Shown: piece after piece, positions 38,391 through 47,848 of the stretch
Position numbering within the stretch: the stretch's first letter is position 1
Layout of the letters: each line of letters starts with the position of its first letter
Source of the DNA: an uncultured Rickettsiales bacterium
GTDB taxonomy: Bacteria; Pseudomonadota; Alphaproteobacteria; Rickettsiales; RI-342
Length of the DNA: 64,000 bases
NCBI GenBank assembly: GCA_964435165.1
Contig: CAYSXY010000001.1
Location: forward strand, 43,847 to 107,846
Direction: 5' to 3'
Notes under the pieces: model-generated
The model's input: the letters and a program-made list of their open reading frames with translations, nothing else
What the model was told of the DNA's origin: nothing
Database searches by the model: none
Program-made: the position numbers and the translations under genes

Positions 38391-40201
38391 TGGCGGTTGA
38401 TCCGGTCACCACAATCAACACCATTAGCTATTTCGGCTCTCCCGGCCTGTTATTGATGGCAGGCGGATTGTTGATGCTGGCGCTGCCGGTGAAGCTGCGC
38501 GACCATGTGAGCCTGCTGCTTCCCTGCCTGGTACTGCTCGATATCTGGCAACTTTCACCCGGCGACCGGCTAGACTTTGTCGCTCTCGGTCACAGCTTTC
38601 ACCTGATGCATGTCCATGCATACAGCACTATTTTCGCCACCGCTTTCGCCCTGGCGGCATTGGGAGGGGCGATGTTCGCTTTTGGCAAAGGCCGACATAT
38701 CGAGCTGCCTGCGGCTTTTGTCTATGCTGGCAGCGCCTTATGTGTTGTCTATGCCGGAGACATGCTGACCTTCCTGATTTTCTGGGAATTGATGGCGATG
38801 GGGTCGCTTCTGGTGGTATGGGCTGGCGGCACGCCTATGGCGCGCCGTGCCGGGATGCGCTATGCGGCCATGCACTTTCTCGGCGGCGTCCTGCTGATGG
38901 AAGGCATCACCACCTATATCGGCCTGGTCGGGCATGATGAAATCACCGCCTTCGCCATTCACCTGCCCTCGCTTTTTGCCTGGCCTGTGGCCGCAGACCC
39001 TGCTCTGGCGACACTCAGCGCACAGCAGCAAACATTGATGCAAATTGCCATCTGGCTGATATTTATCGGCATCCTGATCAATCTCGCCGCGCCTCCTTTT
39101 TCTCCCTGGCTCGCTGACAGCTATCCCGAAGCCTCTCCGAGCGGCACGGTGTTTCTTTCGGCCTTTACCACCAAAACCTCTGTTTTTGCTCTCCTCATGC
39201 TGTTTCCGGGCACGGAGTTGTTGATTTATCTCGGGCTGTTCATGGTATTTTACGGCATTGTCTATGCCATGCTGGAGAATGACATACGCCGCATCCTGTC
39301 TTACAGCATCGTCAATCAGGTCGGGTTTATGACGGTTGCGATCGGCATCGGCACCCCGCTGGCGTTGCTTGGAGCCGCCGCGCACGCATTTTGCCATATT
39401 ATCTATAAAGGCCTGTTGATGATGTCTGCCGGGGCGGTGATTGAGCAAACCGGCAAACGCTTATGTACTGAGCTTGGCGGGCTGTATCATTCGATGAAAC
39501 TGACCACTATCTGCGGCATTATCGGGGCGCTGGCCATCTCGTCCTTTCCACTAACCTCCGGTTTTATCAGTAAGTCTCTCATCAGCTCTGCCGCCGCCGA
39601 TGAGCATTTAACCACCATCTGGTTCCTGCTGATGGCAGCCAGTGCCGGCGTGTTTCTCCATGCCGGCATTAAATATCCCTGGTTTGTCTTTTTCCAGCGC
39701 GATAGCGGCCTGCGCCCCAAAGACCCGGGCGGGACGATGAATGCTGCCATGATTGGCTTTAGCCTCCTGTGTCTGATTCCGGGCCTGTGGCCGGAGATGG
39801 TCTATCACCTACTGCCCGTGATGCCGGATTATGAGCCTAATACTGTCAGCCATTGGGTGGCACAATTGCAGCTTCTGCTCTTCTCCGGCCTTGCCTTTTT
39901 TATCATGCTTCCCTGGCTGCAGCGATCGTTGACGATCAGTCTCGATATTGACTGGGTATGGCGCGTACCAGCCTATCGCTTTCTACGCTGGAGCCTGTGG
40001 GTTCTCACCTGCGGCGTTGAGGGCATTAAGGAACTTGGGCTGCTGCTCTATCGCCTTGGCGCGCGCATTATTTCCACCTATCATTGCCCGGAAGGTATTT
40101 TCGCTCGCAATGCCGTGGCGGGAGCCTCAGTGATGTGGGTCAGCATTATGCTTGGTATCTACCTGCTGATCTATTTTTGGGGCTCCGGGCTACAATTTTG
40201 A
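38390..40201 (+). CDS. Third large NuoL/MrpA/MrpD-like antiporter subunit
   Basis: ATG at 38390 (MAVDPVTT). PFSPWLADSYPEASPSGTVFLSAF, RRILSYSIVNQVGF. Confidence 0.8.
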   Translation: MAVDPVTTINTISYFGSPGLLLMAGGLLMLALPVKLRDHVSLLLPCLVLLDIWQLSPGDRLDFVALGHSFHLMHVHAYSTIFATAFALAALGGAMFAFGKGRHIELPAAFVYAGSALCVVYAGDMLTFLIFWELMAMGSLLVVWAGGTPMARRAGMRYAAMHFLGGVLLMEGITTYIGLVGHDEITAFAIHLPSLFAWPVAADPALATLSAQQQTLMQIAIWLIFIGILINLAAPPFSPWLADSYPEASPSGTVFLSAFTTKTSVFALLMLFPGTELLIYLGLFMVFYGIVYAMLENDIRRILSYSIVNQVGFMTVAIGIGTPLALLGAAAHAFCHIIYKGLLMMSAGAVIEQTGKRLCTELGGLYHSMKLTTICGIIGALAISSFPLTSGFISKSLISSAAADEHLTTIWFLLMAASAGVFLHAGIKYPWFVFFQRDSGLRPKDPGGTMNAAMIGFSLLCLIPGLWPEMVYHLLPVMPDYEPNTVSHWVAQLQLLLFSGLAFFIMLPWLQRSLTISLDIDWVWRVPAYRFLRWSLWVLTCGVEGIKELGLLLYRLGARIISTYHCPEGIFARNAVAGASVMWVSIMLGIYLLIYFWGSGLQF

Positions 40202-40324
40202 ATCTATACGTTCCATAGGACAGAGCACCACGCCTTCAGGCGTGAGTGAATGAGTATCCGGACTGTACAAGCAGGATGGTGAACGCATTGCGTTCGTATC
40301 CCCGCAGGGAAAACGACCCCGGGT

Positions 40325-40816
40325 TTACCCGGGGGTATGGATTACCCATGCCGGGCCGGAGACGCGATCACCTGTATTGATCCCTAATGTTTGGGTGACG
40401 CCGCCGAACAATTCCAGCACCGCGATCACCGGGGCGGGTGACGAAATACGCTCGGTAGAGTGCGGCGTTGCATTGCGGTGGATATGAATGATTGTTCCAT
40501 CGTTGCGAATGAATAACATATCAAGCGGCAGGAATGTATTTTTCATCCACATGGTCGCCTGCTGTTCCTGGTCAAAAATAAACAGCATGCCAGTGTTTTT
40601 CGGCATGTCCTGGCGATACATCATGCCAATGGATCTAGTCGTGGGTGTATTGGCTATTTCAACCTCAAAGCGGTGTGATGTTCCGTTTTTCGAGTTGATC
40701 GTAAGCGCGTGTTTTTCCTGTGGTGGCAATGGTTCCCCGGCGGGTTTATCGCCCATTGCCCATGCCTCAAGCGAGGCACAGAACATCAATATCACGCTAT
40801 ATAATATAATTTTCAT
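40325..40816 (-). CDS. DUF192 family periplasmic protein
   Basis: Signal peptide MKIILYSVILMFCASLEAWA from the Met at 40816. GMLFIFD....TMWMKNTFLPLDMLFI motif. Confidence 0.75.
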   Translation of the reverse strand: MKIILYSVILMFCASLEAWAMGDKPAGEPLPPQEKHALTINSKNGTSHRFEVEIANTPTTRSIGMMYRQDMPKNTGMLFIFDQEQQATMWMKNTFLPLDMLFIRNDGTIIHIHRNATPHSTERISSPAPVIAVLELFGGVTQTLGINTGDRVSGPAWVIHTPG

Positions 40817-40901
40817 ATTAACCTCGTATAATATGCCTATAGACTGGAGTTGTAATGCGTTCCGACACACCATCGTCATAACATAGAGTGGAGTTGAAAA
40901 A

Positions 40902-41402
40902 ATGGTGAATATCCCAGGAGGTGGCAACCGGAAAAGTGCGGCGAGTGAAGCAATCAAAGAAGCACTGGTGAAATCAGGCGGCAAAATGTCGATGAAAGAA
41001 GCCATTCAGGAAGCGCGGGAGAGTAGTGGCGGTAATGAGAGTTACGAAGACCGAACCAAAAAGCGCATGGAAGAAATTAAGAAAAAAATGCTGGACGAGG
41101 CCGGTAGTCGCGGTGGGGTGGCATTGCCCGGTACCGATGCCAGCAGTAACACCGGCTTGTCAGACAAGGCAAAAGAAGCGCTGGAAGAAATGGCGCGTAT
41201 GAAAGCGGAGAAAGAAGAGAAGCGGGAACGCCGTCGGCAAAAACTGACAGGAGAAGATGGCGCAAAAAAGAAAAAGAAACGCGGCTTCTTTGCCTCGGGG
41301 GATAATAAGCAGGAAACCGATACCTGGGGCGGCGCCGTTGAAAAAGATGCCTGGGGCCGACCGGTTCAGCGCGATGCCTGGGGCAGCATCATCGAGGATT
41401 AA
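40902..41402 (+). CDS. Lys/Glu-rich hypothetical protein with C-terminal D(A/T)WG repeats
   Basis: Charged low-complexity ORF. DTWGGAVEKDAWGRPVQRDAWGSII. Confidence 0.45.
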   Translation: MVNIPGGGNRKSAASEAIKEALVKSGGKMSMKEAIQEARESSGGNESYEDRTKKRMEEIKKKMLDEAGSRGGVALPGTDASSNTGLSDKAKEALEEMARMKAEKEEKRERRRQKLTGEDGAKKKKKRGFFASGDNKQETDTWGGAVEKDAWGRPVQRDAWGSIIED

Positions 41403-42778
41403 TGGCCTCGCGCCGCGCGTAATTCCTCCGCAATCAGAAACGCCATTTCCAGACTTTGGGAATGATTGAGGCGTGGGTCACAATGTGTATGATAGCGTTC
41501 GCGCAAGTCCACTTCCGAGATTGCCTGCGCTCCTCCGAGGCATTCCGTTACATCCTGCCCTGTCATCTCAAAATGCACGCCACCGGCAACGGTTCCTTCT
41601 GCCTGGTGAATCGCAAAAAACTGCTTTAATTCAGTCAGAATATCATTAAAGCGACGGGTTTTGATGCCATTGGGTGATTTGATGGTATTGCCATGCATCG
41701 GATCAGACGACCAGATCACCTGGCGGCCTTCAGCTTTTACTTTTCGTAATAATGGCGGCAATAACTCGCCGATCTTCTCTGCTCCCATGCGGGTAATCAG
41801 CACGAGCCGCCCGGCCTCATTCTGAGGGTTGAGGGCATCAATAACCTCAATCAGTTCATCGGGCTGCATGGATGGGCCGACCTTCACCCCAACCGGGTTG
41901 CCAATACCGCGCATGAACTCGATATGCGCATCACCGAGCTTACGAGTTCGGTCTCCAATCCACAGCATATGGGCCGAAAGGTCATAAATCAGGCCTGTTG
42001 CATCTTCAATGCGGGTCAATGCCTCTTCGTAGTTGAGCAACAGCGCTTCATGCGAACTGTAGAAATTGACTTCCTTCAACTGTTGAATCTGGTCAATCGG
42101 CAAGCCGCACGCCTGAATAAAATCCAGACATTCATTGATCTGGCGAATCAGATCGGTAAAGCGGCTACGCTGAGGCGTGCGCTCCAGAAACTCGCTATTC
42201 CATTCACTGATGCTGGGAAGCGCCGCGTGTCCTTTTGCCAATGCACGCAGAAAGTTCAATGTGGCGGCAGATTGCTGATAGGCCTCGACCATCCGCTGCG
42301 GGTCCGGCTTGCGCAGCTCACTGTCGGCAGCCATGGCATTGACCATATCACCACGATAACTGGGATATTCGACTCCCTCAATCATCTCTGTCGGGGCGGA
42401 ACGTGGTTTGGCAAACTGCCCGGCGATTCGTCCCACCTTAATCACCGGTACGCCGCCGCCATACATTAATGCCACCGCCATTTGCAGCAGTGTTTGAAAA
42501 TAGTGTTTGAGGTTGTAATAGTTGAACTCTTCAAAGCTTTCGGCACAATCTCCTCCTTGCAGGAGAAACGCTTCACCGCGACTCACTTTCGCCAAATCCT
42601 GTTTAAGCGAACGTATTTCATTGGCCGCGACTAGCGGAGGCATTTTGCGTAATGTCTGCTCCACCGCTTTCAGCGCTGCCGGGTCATCATAATCCGGCTG
42701 CTGCTTAATCGGGAATTCGCGCCAGCTATCGATGGTCCAATCCGTATTATGGGTTGCTTTTTGCGCTGTCTTTGCCAT
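41399..42778 (-). CDS. 3-deoxy-7-phosphoheptulonate (DAHP) synthase, class II
   Basis: About 459 aa. WREFPIKQQPDY, GDCAESF, RIAGQFAKPRS, and the GNT and HCDPRLN regions typical of plant-type/class II enzymes. Confidence 0.9.
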   Translation of the reverse strand: MAKTAQKATHNTDWTIDSWREFPIKQQPDYDDPAALKAVEQTLRKMPPLVAANEIRSLKQDLAKVSRGEAFLLQGGDCAESFEEFNYYNLKHYFQTLLQMAVALMYGGGVPVIKVGRIAGQFAKPRSAPTEMIEGVEYPSYRGDMVNAMAADSELRKPDPQRMVEAYQQSAATLNFLRALAKGHAALPSISEWNSEFLERTPQRSRFTDLIRQINECLDFIQACGLPIDQIQQLKEVNFYSSHEALLLNYEEALTRIEDATGLIYDLSAHMLWIGDRTRKLGDAHIEFMRGIGNPVGVKVGPSMQPDELIEVIDALNPQNEAGRLVLITRMGAEKIGELLPPLLRKVKAEGRQVIWSSDPMHGNTIKSPNGIKTRRFNDILTELKQFFAIHQAEGTVAGGVHFEMTGQDVTECLGGAQAISEVDLRERYHTHCDPRLNHSQSLEMAFLIAEELRAARGH

Positions 42779-42859
42779 ATGCCTGCATCACTACTTTCAC
42801 ATTATTCCAAACCAAAGCCACATAGCCTAGCATAAGGCGCAGGTCAAAGAGAAGGTTTA

Positions 42860-43729
42860 TTGCAGTTTATGGCCCCCACCCCTACTCACAAACAATTTGT
42901 CGCGTTTCAGGGTATCCATGGTGCCCACTCGGATATGGCCTGCCACCACGCACACCCTTATTATGACACCCTGCCCTGCGCCAGTTTTGACGATGTGTTC
43001 GATGCCGTTGCCTCGGGCAAGGCAGAGCTTGGCATGGTGCCCATCGAAAACTCTCAGGCCGGGCGTGTGGCGGAAATGCACCTGCTGCTCCCGCAGTCCG
43101 ATTTGCATTTTGTCGGAGAATATTTTCATCGGGTCGAACATCACTTGCTCGCACCTAAAGATGCCTCACCTGAGACCATTTCCACGGTCTATTCTCACCC
43201 ACAAGCCTTGATGCAATGTCGGGAATCCTTGCAAAAGCTCGGCATCAAAGAACATCGCGCCCATTCAGACACGGCAGCCTCGGCCCGCGATGTCGCCAAA
43301 TGGAATGACCCGACCATCGCCGCTATCGGCTCACGACTCGCCGCCGAATTATACGGCCTACAGATCATCGCAGAGAATATTGAAGATTCGCACGACAATG
43401 TGACGCATTTCATCACGTTGTCACGCGAGCCGCTGGAACCTGACCCTGCCAAACAGCAAGTATTGACAAGCCTGCTGTTCACTGTGCGGAACATCCCTTC
43501 TGCCTTGTTCAAGGCACTGGGGGGCTTTGCTACCAATAATGTCAACCTGGTCAAACTGGAGAGTTACATTGTGATGCCGGCGCGGGGTAAGGCACAGTTT
43601 TTCATCACCTTTGAAGGCCACCCGCAGGATCGGAATGTCCAGCTGGCGCTGGAAGAACTTGGCTTTTTCTGTACGCAGATCAATGTGCTGGGTGTGTATT
43701 ACGCCGACCCGTTTCGCTATAGCGACTGA
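42860..43729 (+). CDS. pheA: Prephenate dehydratase
   Basis: VAFQGIHGAHSDMAC, VPIENSQAGRV, ACT-domain region TSLLFTVRNIPSALFKALGGFA...NLVKLESY. Confidence 0.88.
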   Translation: MQFMAPTPTHKQFVAFQGIHGAHSDMACHHAHPYYDTLPCASFDDVFDAVASGKAELGMVPIENSQAGRVAEMHLLLPQSDLHFVGEYFHRVEHHLLAPKDASPETISTVYSHPQALMQCRESLQKLGIKEHRAHSDTAASARDVAKWNDPTIAAIGSRLAAELYGLQIIAENIEDSHDNVTHFITLSREPLEPDPAKQQVLTSLLFTVRNIPSALFKALGGFATNNVNLVKLESYIVMPARGKAQFFITFEGHPQDRNVQLALEELGFFCTQINVLGVYYADPFRYSD

Positions 43730-43772
43730 TGTAGGCCCTTGTTGAGGAATCCTTTAAGGATTTCAACAGAGC

Positions 43773-44354
43773 CTAAGTCCCCAGCCCGTCGATGGTCTCC
43801 AGCGGGTCTTCTCGTGGGCGGAACAAAAAGCGTTTATAGAGCACGCCTGGGCTGATCACATCCGGAAAAATGAGGAAGTCGTAATTGTAATACATCTCAG
43901 CGATGATGACATTTTCTCCCAATTCCAACTCAAATGCACCCGGCATGTTGGCAATCGCCCCTTCTGCCCCTATTTTACTTGCAATTTCCAGGCCGCCATC
44001 AAAGCGCTGCCAGCTTACGCGCGTTTCGTCATTATCCGGCCCGTAGCAACAGGTGACTGAGGAGATAAAGATACGGGCGTTGGAACCATCCATATTAAAC
44101 GGGTCCATCAGCAAATCGGCTGAATCCATAAATTGGGTAATCACCTCTTCATTCACCGCCGCTAGCTGCGCCACCACGTTCGACATCGTCGCCGCCGTCT
44201 TATCCATTTTCTGGTGTAACAGGATATAGCGGGTTGTCTCAACCGAGCCCAAAATGAGCAGCACCAACATGGGCAGCACCAGTGCAAACTCAATCACTGC
44301 CACGCCGCGTTGATTATGCCAATATTGCGTCAGTAAGTGGCGAAGAGAGTTCAT
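43773..44354 (-). CDS. TadE/TadG-like pseudopilin-type protein
   Basis: N-terminal QRGVAVIEFALVLPMLVLLILGSVETTRY. Confidence 0.7.
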   Translation of the reverse strand: MNSLRHLLTQYWHNQRGVAVIEFALVLPMLVLLILGSVETTRYILLHQKMDKTAATMSNVVAQLAAVNEEVITQFMDSADLLMDPFNMDGSNARIFISSVTCCYGPDNDETRVSWQRFDGGLEIASKIGAEGAIANMPGAFELELGENVIIAEMYYNYDFLIFPDVISPGVLYKRFLFRPREDPLETIDGLGT

Positions 44355-44842
44355 TAGAATGGCTCATTTTTGACAATAGCATTCGATTGGAGATTCAAGG
44401 TTTCACCGCCAAATGACGAGAATATGGGCGTTAAGAAACTCCAATTATAACGGGCCTGGATCAATACCAGTTGCCCGGCTCCGCCGGGATTGATCGGCAC
44501 ACCCGGCAACACCAGCGGATTACCGGCATTTAACTGTTCAAAATCGACATACACATCGGCTGTGATAAGTAATTTTTCCGGCTTGAGAAGACCGACAGAA
44601 TCTTCATTTACAATACGTTGCAATAGCTCAGCGCGCGTTTCTTCCGCGCCGGAGACGCCTGTGATGTTTACGCGTGCAGCATTACCCACGGCGCCCTCCA
44701 GGATTACCGCCGTCAGCATCACAATGCCCAACTCGATGATGCCAAGAATAGTGAAAAGATAAATCGGGGCAATCAGCGCAAACTCTAGCATGGTTGCACC
44801 GCGGTGTTCTTTTCTAAATTGCTGTAATTTTTTGAGAATCAT
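44354..44842 (-). CDS. TadE-like protein
   Basis: N-terminal HRGATMLEFALIAPIYLFTILGIIELG. Confidence 0.7.
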   Translation of the reverse strand: MILKKLQQFRKEHRGATMLEFALIAPIYLFTILGIIELGIVMLTAVILEGAVGNAARVNITGVSGAEETRAELLQRIVNEDSVGLLKPEKLLITADVYVDFEQLNAGNPLVLPGVPINPGGAGQLVLIQARYNWSFLTPIFSSFGGETLNLQSNAIVKNEPF

Positions 44843-45089
44843 CTCATTTCATTCCAAGGACATACTTAGTGTTTAATGTACTTTATAAGCATTAATAAAA
44901 TATGTATTAAATACCCTAATCACACATATAATTTATTATTATCAACTGTTTATGTTGGAAGTGCCGGGCTGAATGATCTGCCAATCTCCGCCGTTTATTG
45001 CGAAGAGATACTCAAAGACTCGCCGGTTGATCGGGGCCTCAAATAGCGCTACATACTGCATTTGCTCAGAAAAACTGCGGAATACGCCT

Positions 45090-47822
45090 ATGAAAGCCTT
45101 GCCCAAAAAATACAACAACAAGGAACAGGAAGCCCATTGGCAACAGTTCTGGGAAGAGAACAAGGTCTATCGCTGGGAACAGGATTTGCCGCGCGAGCAG
45201 ACTTTCGTGATTGATACCCCTCCCCCCACCGTATCTGGCACATTGCATATGGGGCATATTTTCAGCTATTCACAGGCGGATTTCATCGCGCGTTATCAAC
45301 GTATGGCGGGTAAGACGGTGTTTAATCCGGTGGGGTTTGATGATAATGGTCTGCCAACCGAACGGCTGGTAGAAAAGAAAAAGAAAATCCGCGCCGTTGA
45401 TATGAGCCGCGAAGAGTTTATCGCCCTGTGCGAGCAGGTCTCGGCTGAATCGCGGGCTGAGTTTCGTGCCCTGTTTCAATCCATGGGCTTCAGTTATGAT
45501 TGGGAGCAGGAGTACCACACTATCAGCGAACATGCGCGGCGCATCTCGCAGCTTTCATTCCTTGATCTGTTTCATAAAGACCTCGCCTACCGCAAGCTGC
45601 AACCCATGCTGTGGGACCCGGTGGACCAAACCGCCATCGCCCAGGCGGAGGTGGACGATAAGGAGATGGAGTCCAAAGCGAATACTATTCAATTTGGCTT
45701 GATAGAAAAAACGAAATGGGAAGCTGGAGAGCGCCCAAAATGGGAATCGCTCAAGAAAGTAGAGATTATGACCACTCGGCCAGAACTACTGGCTGCATGC
45801 GTCTCGCTGATGTGCCATCCTGATGATAAGAAAAAACTGGAGCAATATTACGCTGTCACCCCTCTTTTCAATGTAATTGTGCCTATTAACGCTGACCCTA
45901 AAGTAGATAAGGAAAAGGGTACTGGATTAGTCATGTGCTGTACTTTTGGCGATGAAACGGACATTCAGTGGTGGCGAGAACATCATTTGCCCATGCGGGT
46001 GATTTTGAATAAGTATGGTAAACTTGATTTTCCAATCGATTACGCTGAGGGCGGGCTACCTGCATCAATTAATTTTGCAGGAGAACTACTGAACACACAT
46101 ATGAGAGAAGCTCTTAGTTCTGCTGCTCAAATACCTACATTTAACGTAACTTCCATTACCTCCCAAAGCTGTTTAAATATAGATTCTGCGATTGAGTTCG
46201 CGGAATCACTTAACGGCTTAAAAGTCACCGCCGCCCGCGCTAAAATCCTCGAACTGCTTGAAGCATCCGGCGATCTGGTGGAAAGCAAACCTATCGTCCA
46301 TGCCGTGAAGTGTGCTGAGCGCTCAGGTGCACCGCTGGAGATTCTCCCCACACCGCAATGGTTTGTCCGGGTATTGGAGCAAAAAGATGCGCTGAAAGAA
46401 AAAGCGGATGAATGCACCTGGTATCCGCCGCATATGAAAGTACGGATGGATCAGTGGATCGATGGGCTGAACTGGGATTGGTGTATCTCGCGCCAGCGTT
46501 ATTTTGGCGTGCCCTTCCCGGCCTGGTATTCCAAACGGGCGGGTGAAGAAGGCAAAATTATCATTGCCGAACCGGACCAACTGCCGGTTAATCCACTGGT
46601 GGAGAAGCCCAAAGGCTATGAAGAAGGCGAATATGAAGCGGACCCGGACGTGATGGACACCTGGGCGACCAGCTCGACCTCGCCACAAATCAGTTCTCAT
46701 GCCATTACAAATGATTACGCTCTTGATTTAGAGCGCCATAGCAAGCTATTTCCCGCTGATTTGCGACCGCAGGCGCATGAGATTATCCGCACCTGGGCAT
46801 TTTACACACTCGTCAAAGCCCACCACCATGAAAATCGTATTCCCTGGAAGAATCTGATGATCTCCGGCTGGTGCCTGGCGGAAGACAAAACCAAAATGTC
46901 AAAATCCAAGGGCAATATTGTCGACCCGGTGCGGCTGATTGAGCAGCATGGGGCCGATGCGGTGCGCTATTGGGCCTCGACCTCCAAGCTTGGCACGGAC
47001 ACCGCATATTCCGAAGAGACGATCAAGGTGGGACGCAAACTGCTCACCAAATTGTGGAATGCCACCAAATTTGCCGCCACGCATCTGGATAAATTGCCGG
47101 AAGCATTTTGGGAGCAACCCATCCCCGCAGCAACGCTGACAGAAGATGGCTATATTCATAATATAACCGATCGGTGGATTCTTTCGCGCCTACACCAATG
47201 CATCAACAAAGCGACAGAACAATTTGAATGTTATGAATATGCGATGGCGCGCGTCGCGATTGAAGATTTCTTCTGGAATGATTTTTGCGATAATTATCTT
47301 GAACTGTGTAAAACGCGCGTTTATGGCGAGTCCGGTGATGATCCTAAAGGTCAATTGAGCGCTGTCTACACGCTCTATCATTGCCTGAATACCATTCTAC
47401 GCCTGTTTGCCCCGTTTGTGCCGCATCTGTGTGAAACACTGTTCAGCCATATTTTTGCCGAGGAGCATCAGCGCATCGGCAGCCTCAATGCACGTGGAAG
47501 CTGGCCAGATGCGAGCCTGTTCCCCTATGACGATAAAGCCGAAGGTGCAGGCATTGCCGCTGTGCAGATTCTCGGTGCGATTCGCAAACTCAAGGCTGAG
47601 CATGCCGTGTCCATCAAATATCCGCTGGAAATCGCTCATGTGCAAGCGACCGCCAATCACAGCCTACCCGCAGGGTTAGAGTCTACCTTCTCGGACATTA
47701 AAGCCGCCGGTAATGCCAATCAGTTGGTGATTTCCGACGAAGTGCTGGATGAGCAGGTGGACAGCGAAGATGGCCATTACCGTCTTCAAGCCCGCTTTGC
47801 AGCGCAGGCGGAAGTGGCCTGA
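45090..47822 (+). CDS. valS: Valyl-tRNA synthetase (archaeal-genre sequence type)
   Basis: Met at 45090 (MKALPKKYNNKEQE). PPPTVSGTLHMGHIFSY, GFDDNGLPTE, CTFGDETDIQWW, KMSKSKGN. Confidence 0.9.
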   Translation: MKALPKKYNNKEQEAHWQQFWEENKVYRWEQDLPREQTFVIDTPPPTVSGTLHMGHIFSYSQADFIARYQRMAGKTVFNPVGFDDNGLPTERLVEKKKKIRAVDMSREEFIALCEQVSAESRAEFRALFQSMGFSYDWEQEYHTISEHARRISQLSFLDLFHKDLAYRKLQPMLWDPVDQTAIAQAEVDDKEMESKANTIQFGLIEKTKWEAGERPKWESLKKVEIMTTRPELLAACVSLMCHPDDKKKLEQYYAVTPLFNVIVPINADPKVDKEKGTGLVMCCTFGDETDIQWWREHHLPMRVILNKYGKLDFPIDYAEGGLPASINFAGELLNTHMREALSSAAQIPTFNVTSITSQSCLNIDSAIEFAESLNGLKVTAARAKILELLEASGDLVESKPIVHAVKCAERSGAPLEILPTPQWFVRVLEQKDALKEKADECTWYPPHMKVRMDQWIDGLNWDWCISRQRYFGVPFPAWYSKRAGEEGKIIIAEPDQLPVNPLVEKPKGYEEGEYEADPDVMDTWATSSTSPQISSHAITNDYALDLERHSKLFPADLRPQAHEIIRTWAFYTLVKAHHHENRIPWKNLMISGWCLAEDKTKMSKSKGNIVDPVRLIEQHGADAVRYWASTSKLGTDTAYSEETIKVGRKLLTKLWNATKFAATHLDKLPEAFWEQPIPAATLTEDGYIHNITDRWILSRLHQCINKATEQFECYEYAMARVAIEDFFWNDFCDNYLELCKTRVYGESGDDPKGQLSAVYTLYHCLNTILRLFAPFVPHLCETLFSHIFAEEHQRIGSLNARGSWPDASLFPYDDKAEGAGIAAVQILGAIRKLKAEHAVSIKYPLEIAHVQATANHSLPAGLESTFSDIKAAGNANQLVISDEVLDEQVDSEDGHYRLQARFAAQAEVA

Positions 47823-47848
47823 CAACGCGCGATTAAGGCAACCGCCCT

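Noticed and set aside
38738-39448. 236-aa - strand ORF.
   Set aside because: It is antisense to the third large Mrp subunit and has an Arg/Gly/His-rich shadow-frame composition.
40202-40324. Possible tRNA or ncRNA after the Mrp operon (gttcgtatcc resembles a T-loop, and there are several short hairpins).
   Set aside because: I could not fold a cloverleaf because the T-stem and acceptor-stem pairings are absent. The hairpins cacgcc/ggcgtg and gaacgca/gcgttc may simply be transcript-end structures.
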